Shown in pieces: positions 38,501-51,568 of a stretch of 64,000 nucleotides of DNA. The notes under the pieces were generated by a model that saw nothing but the letters and a program-made list of their open reading frames with translations, had not been told where the DNA came from and did not search any database. The translations under genes and the position numbers were made by a program. Source of the stretch: Geosiphon pyriformis uo1 (Eukaryota > Fungi > Glomeromycota); the NCBI GenBank assembly GCA_016748015.1, contig JAAOMT010000436.1:2275622-2339621 (forward strand), written 5' to 3'. Position 1 is the first letter of the stretch. Each line of letters begins with the position of its first letter.

Positions 38501-40156
38501 CACTGTTGATTGGTGGAAGATGATGAATGTGACTGATTCTGGAAACGATTCACGTTTTCTTGATTATTGCATTATTGTGGAGGTTGATAAATTGCCTGAT
38601 TGTTAGCTAAGTATCCCTCTAATTTCTGATTGATTGAGTTACTGAATTGTTTCAATTTGGAATCCAATTCAGATGATCCATTCATTACTAGATTAATGGC
38701 TTGGACATAATTAGCTTTGAGTTCAGCTGCTTCAAAATCTCTGGCATTTATAATGGTGGCTTGAAGATCTGCTGGATGCATTAGACATATGTGTTGGAGG
38801 ATACTACTATGCAGACCTCTAATAAATTGATTTAGAATTTGTGGCACTGTAAAATAGTCAGCCTGAATTGCCTGAATTTGGTGCAGATTCCTATGAAAGC
38901 ATCCTAGGTAAGTGGTGACTGCTTCATTTTCCCTTTGCTTAATAGTGGTGAAGACATTTGCCAATCGATTGATGCTATTATTATTACTAAAATATTCCAA
39001 GAATACAACTTTAAATTCTTGGAATGTTTGAGGTTTTGCGACTAAGCTTTAATACCATAAGTTGGCAGTATCCTGTAAGAAATAGGAGTGCTCTTGCATC
39101 ATTCCATCCATTGGCTGTAATAGTCTTTTCAATATTGTTGAGCCATATTTGGGCGTTATCTTCTTCACCAGTAAATTTCTTAAGTTTTGCTATTGAAGCA
39201 TAGGCCATTGGATCTAAGTTTAGTTGTTGAAGTTGTTGTTGCAATTGTTGAAGCAGCTATTGTGGTTGTTGGGGTGGTTGATCAGTAACAATTACTGGAG
39301 GTAAGTGTTATTGATTATTAATGTCGGGGTTTCAATCATTCCAATTTTGCTGAGTTTGAAAATTTGGAGTTTTGACTTCTGGATTTTCTAAATTTGGATC
39401 TTGCTAAGTCTAAAAGTTTGGGATTTTAATGTTTGGGTTTTCCAGAATTGGGTTTTGGTAAGTAAATTCTTGATTTTTGGCTTCTTTTTTTTCTTCCTTT
39501 TCTGATTCTGTTATCTCCCAAGGACTCACATTTCTGAAATCTGGTTGAGGTGGCAGTAATCGGAATTCTAATAGCATTAGCAATCGTGATTTAAATCCTT
39601 CAAAATAATCACCATAGGTTCCTAGTAATTCTGTTTTCTTTTGTTTACTTTGAAATGGAAGTCATCCAAATATTGATGTTATGTATGATGTGGACACGCC
39701 TGTTGATGAGATGTTAATAGTGCTTCTAGATATATAGTAGTATAATGGGTTTGTTGGTGATTCAACTCTGGTTTTTTTCCAAGTGGGTGGTTGTATTTGT
39801 TTTGGTGTTACTGCTGGTGTTTACAATCTTCTTTTGTCTTTGTCTGTGTAGATGATAAGGAATTGTTGTTGTGTATATCTTTCAATAGTTTGATTAATTT
39901 TCCTAATAATTGATACAAAACTGTAGTTTCTTGGTAAGCTGGTATGTTGAAATAATTCTGTATAGAAGTTTTTTCTTTCAAATTTAATGTCAACTGTTTC
40001 TCCTAAGAAGTCTGTAATTTTATTGTTAACATAAAAGTTAAAGACTGATTCTGCTGGAAAATGGTTATTGTTTAATCCTAATTGTTGGCTGTACTGTTGA
40101 AACAAGGATTTGGCAAATCCTAAATGGTTTGCTTCTATGATTTCTGATTCTGCCAC
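32594..40156 (-). pseudogene. gag-pol of C1 including dUTPase (about 35835-36215)
   Basis: Gag capsid-like region, LILDSRSAG, DAGFDL..GGIIDTRYIG..KIAQ, RT, RNase H and integrase fragments in order. Confidence 0.92.
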
Positions 40157-42437
40157 TTTTAGATAATTGTTGTTGATGCTGGTTCTCTGTAAGATTATAC
40201 CTCACAAAAAGCACCAAATGTTACAGATGATTATTTGGGGTCTCAAAGCAAATAACAAATCTATAACTTGGTGCTTGGTTGGTATTCTGGTATTGATATC
40301 TGAAAGTTTTGTTGATCTGAAGGTTTTATTGTGGAGTTCTTTGTATAATGGACAAAGATTTAATAGTTGTTTTCAGTAGTCTCCCAGAATTGCAATTTCA
40401 TCAAATTTTTTTCTCAGTGTGGTGGCCAGTAATTCTTCTAATAAGCTATTTTTAAATCTATAAGTGTTTTATCTTTGTTTTATGAGTCTTTTACCAGTTT
40501 TTATGATGTCTGTAACTCAGTACTTTAATCCTTAATTAATTTAGTAAATAACAAAAAAAAATAAAAGAAAATAAAGAAATAAACAAAAACAATTACAAGT
40601 TAGTATCCTGTCAATAGCCATGATCAAAAACTATTGTTCCAATGTGGTTAAGTATTAATTACTATCAACACTTCATGTTGATAGTAGAGAGTAGATTGAG
40701 ATAGTGAATAATTATTTATTGATAGTTGTGAATAAAATGTTTGTTTAGATCAGATCTAAACTGGAAGGTCTCTAACTAAAGAATTCTGTCTTTTCTATCT
40801 TTAACACTACTGCTATATATACATAATTAAGATTTCTTAATTCCTCAATTCTTTACACCAGGAATCCTGGAATTTCTCTTAAGAGGAATCCTGGGATTCT
40901 GGAATTCTGCAATTCCTTGTACAAAAATCCTGAAATTCCTGGAATCTTGCAATTTCTCTTGAAAGAAATTCTAGAATTTTACATTTACTACAGCTACTTC
41001 TGATTGGCTAATTTATATGCTAATATACTCCCTATGTTTTATGAGTAATATTGGTCTTGTGTGTATTACAATGTTTGAGTTCTTGTTCTTCTAATGTTGT
41101 CATGTGTATGGCTTTAAGCAAGGGTTTCATCTTCAATAATTGGTATTGAGAGTTTTTTTTATTTTTAAAGATTTTAAAATTGCAAGTTAGATGGTTGTGA
41201 ACTTTGTATGCAGATTTGGCCTTGCATTCAGAGAGGAAGTTTGGTTGGCTTATGTTAAATACCAGGCATTTATGGAAAAGAACAAACTAATTCTGCATGA
41301 TGGGTCTGTTCTAGTCTTGGTGTTTGGGCTTTCTTTAGTGTTTTCTGCTGGTATAGTTAAATTGTTGAATATTGCTGATGCTTTTAGTGTTAGTTTTGGT
41401 TTTTGTAATTATTGTTGGTTTTTTTCAGGTTTAGATAGTGTGGTTTCAGTTTGTATAGACACATAGTATTGTCTTAATTAGCCTGAATGACTAGTTATGT
41501 GTGGAAAATACATAATTTATGCCTAGTTTAGATTACTTAGTTGATGTATTATATTAGGTAGTGTTTGGACTTTACTCATTAAATGATGGAAAAAAAAAAC
41601 TTCAAGTCAAACTTTTTATTTCACTGTTTTTTAGCTTTTATACAATATAATAGTACTTAATCTTCAATTTTAAATTTAATTAATTAATCAAATAGGCAAT
41701 TATTATGTCTTTTTTTGTTGTTCTTAAGCATTACTAATATTGTTAGCTATTGTTTTATGATTGTTTTCTAATGTTTCCATAAGCTGGTATTTTTTTGATA
41801 TAAAATTGCTTTAAAATTCTTTTCAGTCATTGTTTTTGTTAGAAAAAAAAGTATTTTTTGTTTAATAAATAAAGTGGCTTTTTTTATATAGATTAGTTTA
41901 AATAGTATAAACTGAATAGTATTTTGCTTTAATGTTTGATATGTAAATAATACAAAAGATATAATAAGTCCTATTTTTGTGTATTTTTATAACTTATTTT
42001 TGCTAATGCTTTACATAATGTTCAGTTAAATTTTTTTACCATTCTGTTTGTTTGTGAATAGTAAAATAAAAATAAGAGTTATTTTATTTTAAATTATTGG
42101 CTTAATTAAGTTAATATACTATTAATAAAATAAGTTTCTTGGTCAGATAACAATTTTTTTAGACATTTATGTTGGCAAATCAGATTTTAATGCACAAATT
42201 TGGCTACAGTTTTAACATTAGCTACTTAAATTATTCTGGTTTCAAGCTATTTGGTAAAATAATCTATAGTTATAGTAATATAACAATTTTTTTTGAATGT
42301 AATTAAGAGAAGATCAACCAAATTGATCCTAATTCTATCAAATAAATTTTTAATTAGAATGAGTTAAAGTGGTTTTATTGTTCTGGCTTTTTCTTTCTAT
42401 TGGTATAAGTCACAGTTGAAAATATATTCAAAGATAT

Positions 42438-44931
42438 TGTTATGGTTGAAACTTATACTTCTTATTAAATATCACATGTATTAGCCACTGATGTCATATA
42501 AATTAGCCACTCTATTTTTAAAAAGTAATCATTGATCTAATCAATGACCTAACCAATGACCTGATTATTGACTTGATCATTGACCTAATTATTGATCTGA
42601 TCATTGACCTAGTTGTTGACCTAATTATTAACCACTTTTGATAGGTATATAAGCAATGAATTTTTTAGCTGTAGAAAAACATGTAAGAATCAAAAAAATA
42701 AAATAACAACTTCATCTCAATTCTTCTCTTATCACTAATTTCTTTTTCTCTACTTTCAAGTATCTGAACATCTTAAAGATAAAAGATTACTTGTTGGTTA
42801 TTCCCTACTTTTTCCTGAAATGTGTAATTGCAGTATTTAAAGACTATTGAATAAAACATAACTGAAGAATATATCTGATATCTGATATTGAATTCTAAGA
42901 GTGCCAATGTGTGACATAGAATTATACCAGATGTGATCATTTATTGACAGTACAGAATATCCTTCTACCTTTAGATTCTTTGGTTATCTTTAGAAAAATA
43001 CAATGACTGAGATATTTTATAAGATTGATCTTACATATTGAATCTATACTTATTTAATTTGCTCTTTGAAGTTGAGTTCTCTTTGATTCCTTTCATCACT
43101 CTACAATCCTGTTTTCTCTTGCTATCCATTAGCTTGTTACTCCAATCTGTAACATAAAAGTGGTGCTTCCTGTGAAGTTGTCAAATTCCACTTTGTTTTC
43201 TATTGTATGAATGATTATTCATACCTGCTGTTACTAGACAAAATTAGAGATATTATTTAGCATAAAATTATCTTTATAATTCCTATCATTAATTAGCATA
43301 TATTATTGTTCAAATTACTACTTATTACATTAGCAAAATATCCGAAATTATTATTTAATCAATAACCCAATTTGTACATAACATAAATATAACCTAATTG
43401 CAATGATCAATCATGCAATACCCCGAACTATGTAACATTCAAAAAGTTTGCCGAAATTTGTAGAAATTTGCCAAGATAATTGATAGTTTACCGAAATATC
43501 TAATAGTTTGCAGAAATAACTTGTAGTTCGCCAAAATGTATCTTTAGTTCAGCAAAATTGTAAAAAAAAGCAAAGTTCAAGTTCATAAAATAGTGTTACA
43601 ACAAGTTGTATAAAAGAAGAACTTCTCTCTTCAAGAAAATGTATCTTACCTCAGATTTAACAATTAGAATCATCTTTTATACACAAAAACAAAATAAATA
43701 TCAAATAATTTGAAAAATCAAATCCTTAATTATTTCCCTTTTAAAATTACCTAATTCCTATTAAACAGTTTTGAAATTGATTAGCTACCAATTTCAATAA
43801 ACTGTTAGTGACTTCAGACCTGGATAGAAAACGTTCTTTTGACAGAATTCTATTTCTTTTACATTTTTATTTTTATTTTTTTTCTTTTATTTTCTTATCA
43901 TAATCATTAGGGTAGCCTACAGACAAGATTCCTGTAGAAGAGTTGATTTTTACAGCAAAATAACTACACATTTTAGTGAACTTCCAGATGAGCAATTCCT
44001 GGGAAAGAGTTGATGTTTACTACAATGTAACTACACAAAGCAACTGGCATGGAATTGGCCATTCCACTTATAAGTCCAGCAGTTCAAATTATAAGAGATA
44101 ATTTGAAGATAAATTCAGTTATTGGAGGTTTAAACACTTTCCATAATCGTGAATTAACAGCATTACAACCAACATACAAGAGCTAAGAAGAGACCAAAAA
44201 CCTCCAGTAATACTGCCACAACAATCAGAAAAACACTTTGAAGCATACAACAAAAACAGACTTTATTGAACTTAATCCTTTGCCCTCCTGTTTGATTTGC
44301 TTTCCCATTGAAGAACAATTCAGCAGACAATTCCAAGACTTTTGAAACTGGTTCCTAAACAAGCATTCAGCTGAAACCTACACAGCTTATACAACTTATT
44401 ACTTTGATCAAGCTTATTTTGAAGACAACTTTAAAGAAAGAAACAATAGTATCAATTAGCTCTTATATTCTACAACCTTTGAACAACAGTCCTCTGATTT
44501 TAAATATCTGAATCATCAAATATACATTTTGGATTGCTGTCTATCAATTAACTGAAACTCTCTTTGAAATAGAAGAAGAAAGCTATCAAACTGCTTCTGT
44601 TTTTGACATTTTATTAAGTGAACTAGACTTATCCACACAAACAGTTATCTCTGAACCAATGGCTAATAACCCCATACAACAAAACATTCTAATTGCCCTC
44701 CAAGGCATACAAATTGCTTTAGGGCAAAGAAACAATACCCAACTACTATTATTTAGAGACAATGCACAAGATCCAATCAAATGGTTAGATGACTTTAAAA
44801 GAGCAGTCACAGCCAACCAATATGATAATAAATACAAGTTCCAAATTGTTGGTGGCTATCATTAAGGCTCTCCTGCTACTTGGTTTTCACAAAAAACCAA
44901 TGTCAATGCTCAACAAAAAATCATTAAATGG
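42438..44931 (+). mobile_element. Family-A element A3: 5' LTR (42438-43154), PBS and gag start; interrupted by a D solo LTR and by C2
   Basis: LTR with nine 12-bp units, TAAAAG+TGGTGCTTCCTGTG, gag (NILIALQGIQ..QDPIKWLDDF); left flank ATAT inside B0 integrase. Confidence 0.92.
43229..44212 (+). mobile_element. Solo LTR of family D, TSD CTGC
   Basis: Reverse complement of the D1 LTRs; CTGC at 43225-43228 and 44213-44216; no PBS or PPT alongside. Confidence 0.93.
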
Positions 44932-47900
44932 TGTTACTCATAAAAAGAAAACAGATATAGAAAATAGCAGACCAATGAGAGAATAGTATTTAGCACATGA
45001 GCACATTGCTTAACAATGTGGAGCAATGTCAGAAAACACAGCACATTGCTTAGCAATGTGGAGTGATGTTAGAAAATTAGAGCACATTGCTCAAGAAATC
45101 ATAGCACATTGCTAGGAAATATGAATGATCTCATAGAACATCAATTATGTATATATAGCAGTAGTGTTAGAAATAGAAAAAAAAGAAATCTTTTAGTTAG
45201 AAATCTCCCATTCATAAATATTGAATAAATAAATTATTTACCATCCAAATCTACTCTTTACTATCAACACTCCATGTTGATAGCAATTGATACTTAACCA
45301 CACTAGAACAATAGCTCTTGATTATGGCTATTGATAAATACTAACTTGCATATTGTCTTGGCTCATTTTTTTATACCATTTCTTTTATTTTCTTGTCTTA
45401 ATTGTTGTTATTACTAACTCTATTGAGGATTAACATGCGGAATACTGACGTCAGAATATAGCACTAGTAAAAGACCCAGAAATAAGGGTAGAACACTTGA
45501 TTGAGGTTAGCTTATCAGAAGAAATACTGGCCATCACGCTAAGAAAAAAATTGATGAAACTGCAGTTTCAGGAAGTTACAGATAAAACTATTACTACTAA
45601 ATTTCTGTCCATTATACAAAGGACTCAACCAAAAACCTTCAGATAAACACACCTTCAGATTTCTATTATTGACAACAGCCTTGAACACCAAGTTACGGAT
45701 TGCTATTTACTTTAACAACCAAATAATCACCTGTAATATTTGATGCTTCTTGTAAAGTATAATCCTACAGAGAACTAGTACCAACAAATAAATCAACAGT
45801 AGTAGAATCAGAAAGTATAGGAGCAAACCATTTAGGATTCATGAAATTCTTATTTTAACACTACTGTTAATACTTGGAATTGAACCACAATCAGATATCA
45901 GCAGAATCAGTCTTCAATTTCTACATCAACAAAAAAATTGCCTATTTGTTAGGAACACCAGTAAACACTAAATCAACAAGAAAAACTTTTTACCATGAAT
46001 TAATCCAAAACACCAGCTTATCAACAAATTATAACTTTGCATCCATTATCACTAAGATTAATAAGAAAATTGAACATCACATACAACAAAGATACCCAAT
46101 TACTTATGCAAGTAAAGACAAAGGAAAATTACAAACACTGGCAGTAACACCTCAACAGATCCAACCACCCACTTAGAAGAAACACAGAATTGAATTACCT
46201 ACAAATCCATCATATTATTATACTCCTGGAAGTGCCATCAATATTGCATTAGCAGGCATGTCTACATCAAATGCGATATCAACATTTGAACAATTTCCAT
46301 TCCAAAGTAAACAAAAGAAAGAAGATTTACTAGGACCATATGGTGCATACTTTAAGGGATTCAAATCGAAATCACCAATGCCATCAAGAGTTTGATCACC
46401 ACCATCTCAACCAGATTTCAGAATTACTGATCCATAGAAACCAACCAAATCGGAAAAAGAACAAGAAAAAGAAGAGGAAAAAAAATCTGAAGATCAAGAA
46501 TTTACTTATCAGAATCCAATTACTGAAAACCTAGATATTGGAACCCTGAATTTTCAGACTCAGCAAAATCAAAATCTAGAAAATCCAGAAATCAAAACTC
46601 CACCAAATCAGAATGACCAAAATCCTAACTTAATTAATCAATACAATTTACCTCCAAATATTATCATTGATCAGTCACTAATTGAACTGATTATTGAACC
46701 GATTCAACAACAGTAAATACCCTTTCAACAGCCACCACTACAGCAACTTATCCAGCAACTGGTTCAGCAACTGCAACAACCACTTCAACCACCAATACAA
46801 CAACAGCAACTGATCGCACCAATGGCTTTTGCACCAATCACAAAACTTGAAAAGTTCACTAGTGAAGAAAACAATGCCCAGGCATGGATTAATGATGTCG
46901 CCAAAGCCATTACTACAAACAATTGAGATGATGCAAGAACAATGCAAGTCATTCTATATTTCCTAAAAGATACTGCTAACTCATGGTATTATAGCTTGGC
47001 CCAGAAACCCCAAAATTTTAATGCATTTAAAACAGAATTCCTAAAATATTTTAGTAATAATAATAGCATCAACCACTTGGCAAGTACTTTCATCACCCTA
47101 AAGCAAGGGAACACAGAAGCAGTCACCACTTACTTAGAATGCTTCCACAGAAATCTGCACCAAATCCAAGCTATCCAAGCTGATTACTTTACAGTGCCAC
47201 AAATTTTAAATCAGTTCATCAGATGTTTACACAGCAGCATACTCCAACAAGTACATCTGATATATTCAGTAGACCTTCCTACCACAGTCACTTATGCTAG
47301 AGATTTTGAAGCTGCTAAGTTAGAAGCCAACCATGTCCAAGCTGTAAATTTAGTAATGAATGGATCATCTGACTTGGATTCTAAACTGAAACAATTTAGT
47401 GATTCCATTAATCAGAAATTGAAGAGATACTTAGTTGACAATCACCCAATTTATTAGCCTTCTCAACAACATAATAATCAGGGAAACATGAATTGTTTCC
47501 AAAATCAGTCATGTTCATCATTATCAACAAATCAGCCATGATAACAAGAAACGTGAATTTGCCACAACTGTGGTAAATAAAGTCACTTTAGAGCCAATTG
47601 CCATGCTTATAGTAATCCATGATCAGAAAATCAATATCGGAATCCTGATTGCCGGTTCCCAACTCCAAATCATTACTTGAATCAAAATCAATATCAATCT
47701 ACTTACCTGCCAATGACACCACTGCCAATCTATCAAACACTAGTATATTAATCTTAAATATATCAACTGCAGCCACTCATGATATATCAACTGCAGCCAC
47801 AAATAGTTTATTAACCACAACAATCAATTCAAACACTGTCACAAAATTCAGCTATGATAACATCTGGAAATCCCAGATTCAGAGTAAACCAAAACTGGAG

Positions 47901-50900
47901 ATCAGTAATAGTGGTTCACCAATTAATTTCCAGTTCAACAAATCAATCATCAGGATCACGCCAGTGGAGTTTAAGAACTGAGTATAACCAAAACCCAAGT
48001 TCCCAAAACTACTTAAGTCTTCTAGTTATCTCAGAAAATGCTGCATCCAGCAAACAGGAAACCAACCAGAAGCCACTTACTCGCAACATTCCACCAGCCG
48101 CCAGCACTGAAGATGAATCACTTGCTGCCATATTCCCATTTGAACTTGAGGAAATTATGTCAGTTCTATTGTTCAATGAAGCTGCTCTGAACACCAAACC
48201 AATAACTACAATGTATACTAATGCTAAAGTCAATGGTTAGTATATCAAACTAATCCTGGATAGTAAATCAGCTGGTAGCATTATCACTAAACAACTCATG
48301 GATCAATTAAGTCACTGAGTTGACAGAGCTGTCAGCACAAGAATCATCACAGCCGATGGAGCAACCAAAACAGTCAACATACACATGTACCAGCCATGTG
48401 TGGCCACTTCAAGATTATCAATACACCAACACCACTCATTGAGTTTAAGAAAGAAGAAAAAAAACCTACTTGGGAAGCCTATCAAGTCTCATGAACTGAC
48501 AACGACCACAACAAACTACCACCAATACTCTCCTGGGATGACAATGATAATGAAAAAAGAAAACAAAGAGAAGAACTTACCTGGGAAACTGATGACCTGA
48601 ACTGGACTGACAATGACAAGAGCAAACCAACACCAAGCTGAGAATGGGAAGAGAACAGTAAAAGAAAAGGAAAAGCAAAGGAAGAAGAATTACTATCAAT
48701 TAACAATTATACTCCTCATAAATATATACTATCACAACCTGCTAACTATTGTCGACCAAAGCTTATATGTGTCAATTGTGACAAGAAATTGTCATCAATG
48801 GGCACATGCTGTAGTGACAATAAGGAATACTCAATAGTAACCAAATTCTACTGCCAAATGTGTATTCTAGAACGTTTTGAATGACCAAAATGATTGGAAA
48901 AATGGGATAATACCCCATGTTTAGCTTGTAGAGAGACTCTTCTGGACAAAGGAATGTGGAACAACATTCTTGAGCATAGAGGAATGTGTGATAAAACCTG
49001 CCAGTATATGATCCTAATTAACAACTGGGTATACAAGGAAACACCAATTGATGATGCCTGAAAATGAGCATTGTGATGATTGGAAAGATATCCACACAAT
49101 GAGCATAAATTCTGGAGAATAGCAAGTACAAAAGCAGAAGATGCAACAATTAGTGGACTACTGGAAATAAAAAACAACTCTTTGTCACTACCTGAACTAA
49201 AGTACATCCAAATATTTAATGTCTTTGGCGACATTGAAGACGATTCCAAGAAATTCCATGAGCACTACCAGAGATTAGCACCAACAAGAGAGAAGCAGGA
49301 GCAGTGGCTAGCACAGCTAAACACTTGACTATGTGACCACTGTTTGATTCCATGTGATTTTTAATATTGTAATGAGTGTGATCTTATCTACAATCTACCA
49401 TCACAAATGATTTATACAATCCCAGAAGAAATTGAACCAATCAGCAGCTGCATATCAGAATTAGAATCAATTTTCAATCCCAATTCAAACCCCAACAACG
49501 ACGATAATAAAAATAATGGTTCCAGCTCTGTTCAAAATAGTAATAACAATAACAACAATTTCAACTTAGATTCAAACTCTAATTCAAACTACAAACAATA
49601 TATTGCACTCCTTGATCTCACCAAGGAGCAGAAACTAAAATGGTTCAGTGACAATAATAAAAGTATCATGCCAGAATGTGCACATGATACTAATGCAGAG
49701 TTTGATCTGAAATATTCTGGAAAAAATGCCATCAAATTGGAACCACATTTACACACTTATATTGATCTAAAAATAGCACTGAAAATTTCAGCTACCACAA
49801 TAGTTTAACTAGCATCTAAGAGTAGTTTAGCAAAAAAAAAATTAACATCAGAAGAGGAATAATTGATACAGGATATGTGAAAAATATCATTGCTATGCTA
49901 CAAAACGATTCAGAAAAGACCTATATAATAGAGCCAAATGAAAAAATAGTGCAGGCAATATTCCTGTTTCTGGTCAAAATAGCTCAGTTAGTATCAATAG
50001 AAAATAGGGAAGAATTAAGAATAACAGCAAGAAGGATACAAAAATTTGGATCAATGGGTAGAGTAGATATACTAGTTAATATAGTGGAAAAAGAGATTAT
50101 TGACAAGGGAAATATTATCTCCACCAGTCAACCAATTTCTATTCCACTATATAACCAGTATATGGTAGTCATAAAAAGGAAAATAAAGAATCAGAACCAG
50201 ATTTTTGAAGCAGAAGCAGCATGTTGTGAATCAGAAGAAATTGGACTTATCAATTTCCACATACCAGCCAAGAACTATAGCTGCATCAAAATTCCCATTT
50301 ACAACAATACTGAAAAAGTTATAGAGATACCAGAAAGAACCATCATAGGACATTTAACTACTGAAATAGAAGACCAATCCCCAAACCCCATTCCAAACTT
50401 TCCACAGCTTTGTGGATATGTTGACATTACATTACAAATGATATATGGACGAAATGAATGTTATTTGCTCCAATCAGAACAATTGGAACAAATGAACATG
50501 GGGAATTTAGACTCACTCCAATACATGCAGCTGAAGATGTTGCTTAACAAATTCAATGACATCTTCACCAGTGAGAATAAATTCAGTAGAACTGACATTA
50601 TTCAATACCAAATCAAAACTGAAGATGCTATGCCAATAAAACAACAAGCATACAGAGTACCATCCGCCAGCCATGAGATTATTTGTCAAAAAATCAACCA
50701 GATGCTTAACAATGAGTTAATTCAGCCATCAATGAACCCATGGTCATCACCAGTAGTACTTGTCCAGAAAAAGAATAAGAAAATCTGCTTTTGCGTGGAC
50801 TACAGGAAGCTTAATAGAGTCATGCGTGGAGACAGCTATCCAACTCCACGGATTCAGGAATTATTTAATGCTTTTGGGAGAAACAAATGGTTCTCAACAT

Positions 50901-51568
50901 TGGATTTAGATAGTGATTATTGGCAAGTAGCCATGGATTCAGTGAACAAAGAAAAGACCACATTCACAACACAAGAGAAAAATTTTGAATTCGAAGTGAT
51001 GTCATTCAGCTTAACAAATGTGCCAGCCATATTCCAATGGCTAATGAAAATAGTATATACCAGCTTTTTGTGGAAATTAGTAGTCATTTATTTAGATGAC
51101 ACCAATGTGTTCTCCAAAACATTCAATGATCATTTGCATTATCTACAACAAGTGTTCAAAAGGCTATGACAAACAGAGCTAAAGTTAAATGCCAATAAGT
51201 GCTTCTTTGGCAAGACAGAATTAAACTTTTTAGGGCACATAGTAAGCAAAGACAGCATCAAAACAGATCCAGAAAAGATAGAGATAGTCAAAAACTTTTC
51301 AGTACCAACCAATATACAGGGTTAAAGTCATTCTTAGGATTTGCAAGCTATTATCAATGCTTCATCAAAAATTTTTCCAAGATAGCCCAACCACTCAATC
51401 ATTTCCAAACCAAGAATGTGAAATACAAATGGACAGAAACACAACAAAAAGCTTTTAATATTCTAAGAAGAAAGCTTATACAAGCTCCAGTACTGATCTA
51501 TTCAGATCACAATAAACCATTCATTATTACTACTGATGCATCAGGCCAAGCATTGAAAGCAGTACTAT
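44932..51568 (+). mobile_element. Family-C element C2 (5' LTR 44932-45738, gag, PR, Cys-rich, dUTPase, RT, start of RNase H); interrupted by A4
   Basis: R-U5 and PBS match C0/C1; ORFs 45874-51615 homologous to C1; YLDD at about 51088. Confidence 0.93.
49680..50060 (+). pseudogene. dUTPase domain in C2 pol
   Basis: AHDTNAEFDL..SKSSLA..IIDTGYV..KIVQAIF..FGSMG. Confidence 0.85.

Larger units (their letters stand above)
20888..41050 (-). mobile_element. Complete family-C element C1 (about 9.9 kb without nested B1), TSD TTAG/TTGG
   Basis: 3' LTR 20888-21692, 5' LTR 40219-41050, PBS at about 40200-40216, PPT AAAAGGAAGAAATAA; gag-PR-Cys-rich-dUTPase-RT-RH-INT-ORF3. Confidence 0.94.
20545..41599 (+). 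mobile_element. 5'-truncated non-LTR retrotransposon (LINE) split by C1 (pieces 20545-20887 and 41051-41599)
   Basis: C-terminal LINE ORF2 with a decayed CCHC-type motif (YPSVVFLFCGNIEVSDHAFFC) rejoins in frame across C1; poly(A) at 41590-41599; degenerate TSD ACTTTAGGT/ACTTCAAGT. Confidence 0.82.
10971..42437 (-). mobile_element. Old family-B element B0, host of later insertions (own pieces: 10971-11836, 19448-20544, 41600-42437; rest beyond A3)
   Basis: Starts TGTTATAGGTAAAC like the B1 LTR. The LTR resumes after A2 and ends at 19572, followed by PPT, decayed ORF3 and integrase tail; integrase continues collinearly after the LINE poly(A). Confidence 0.85.
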
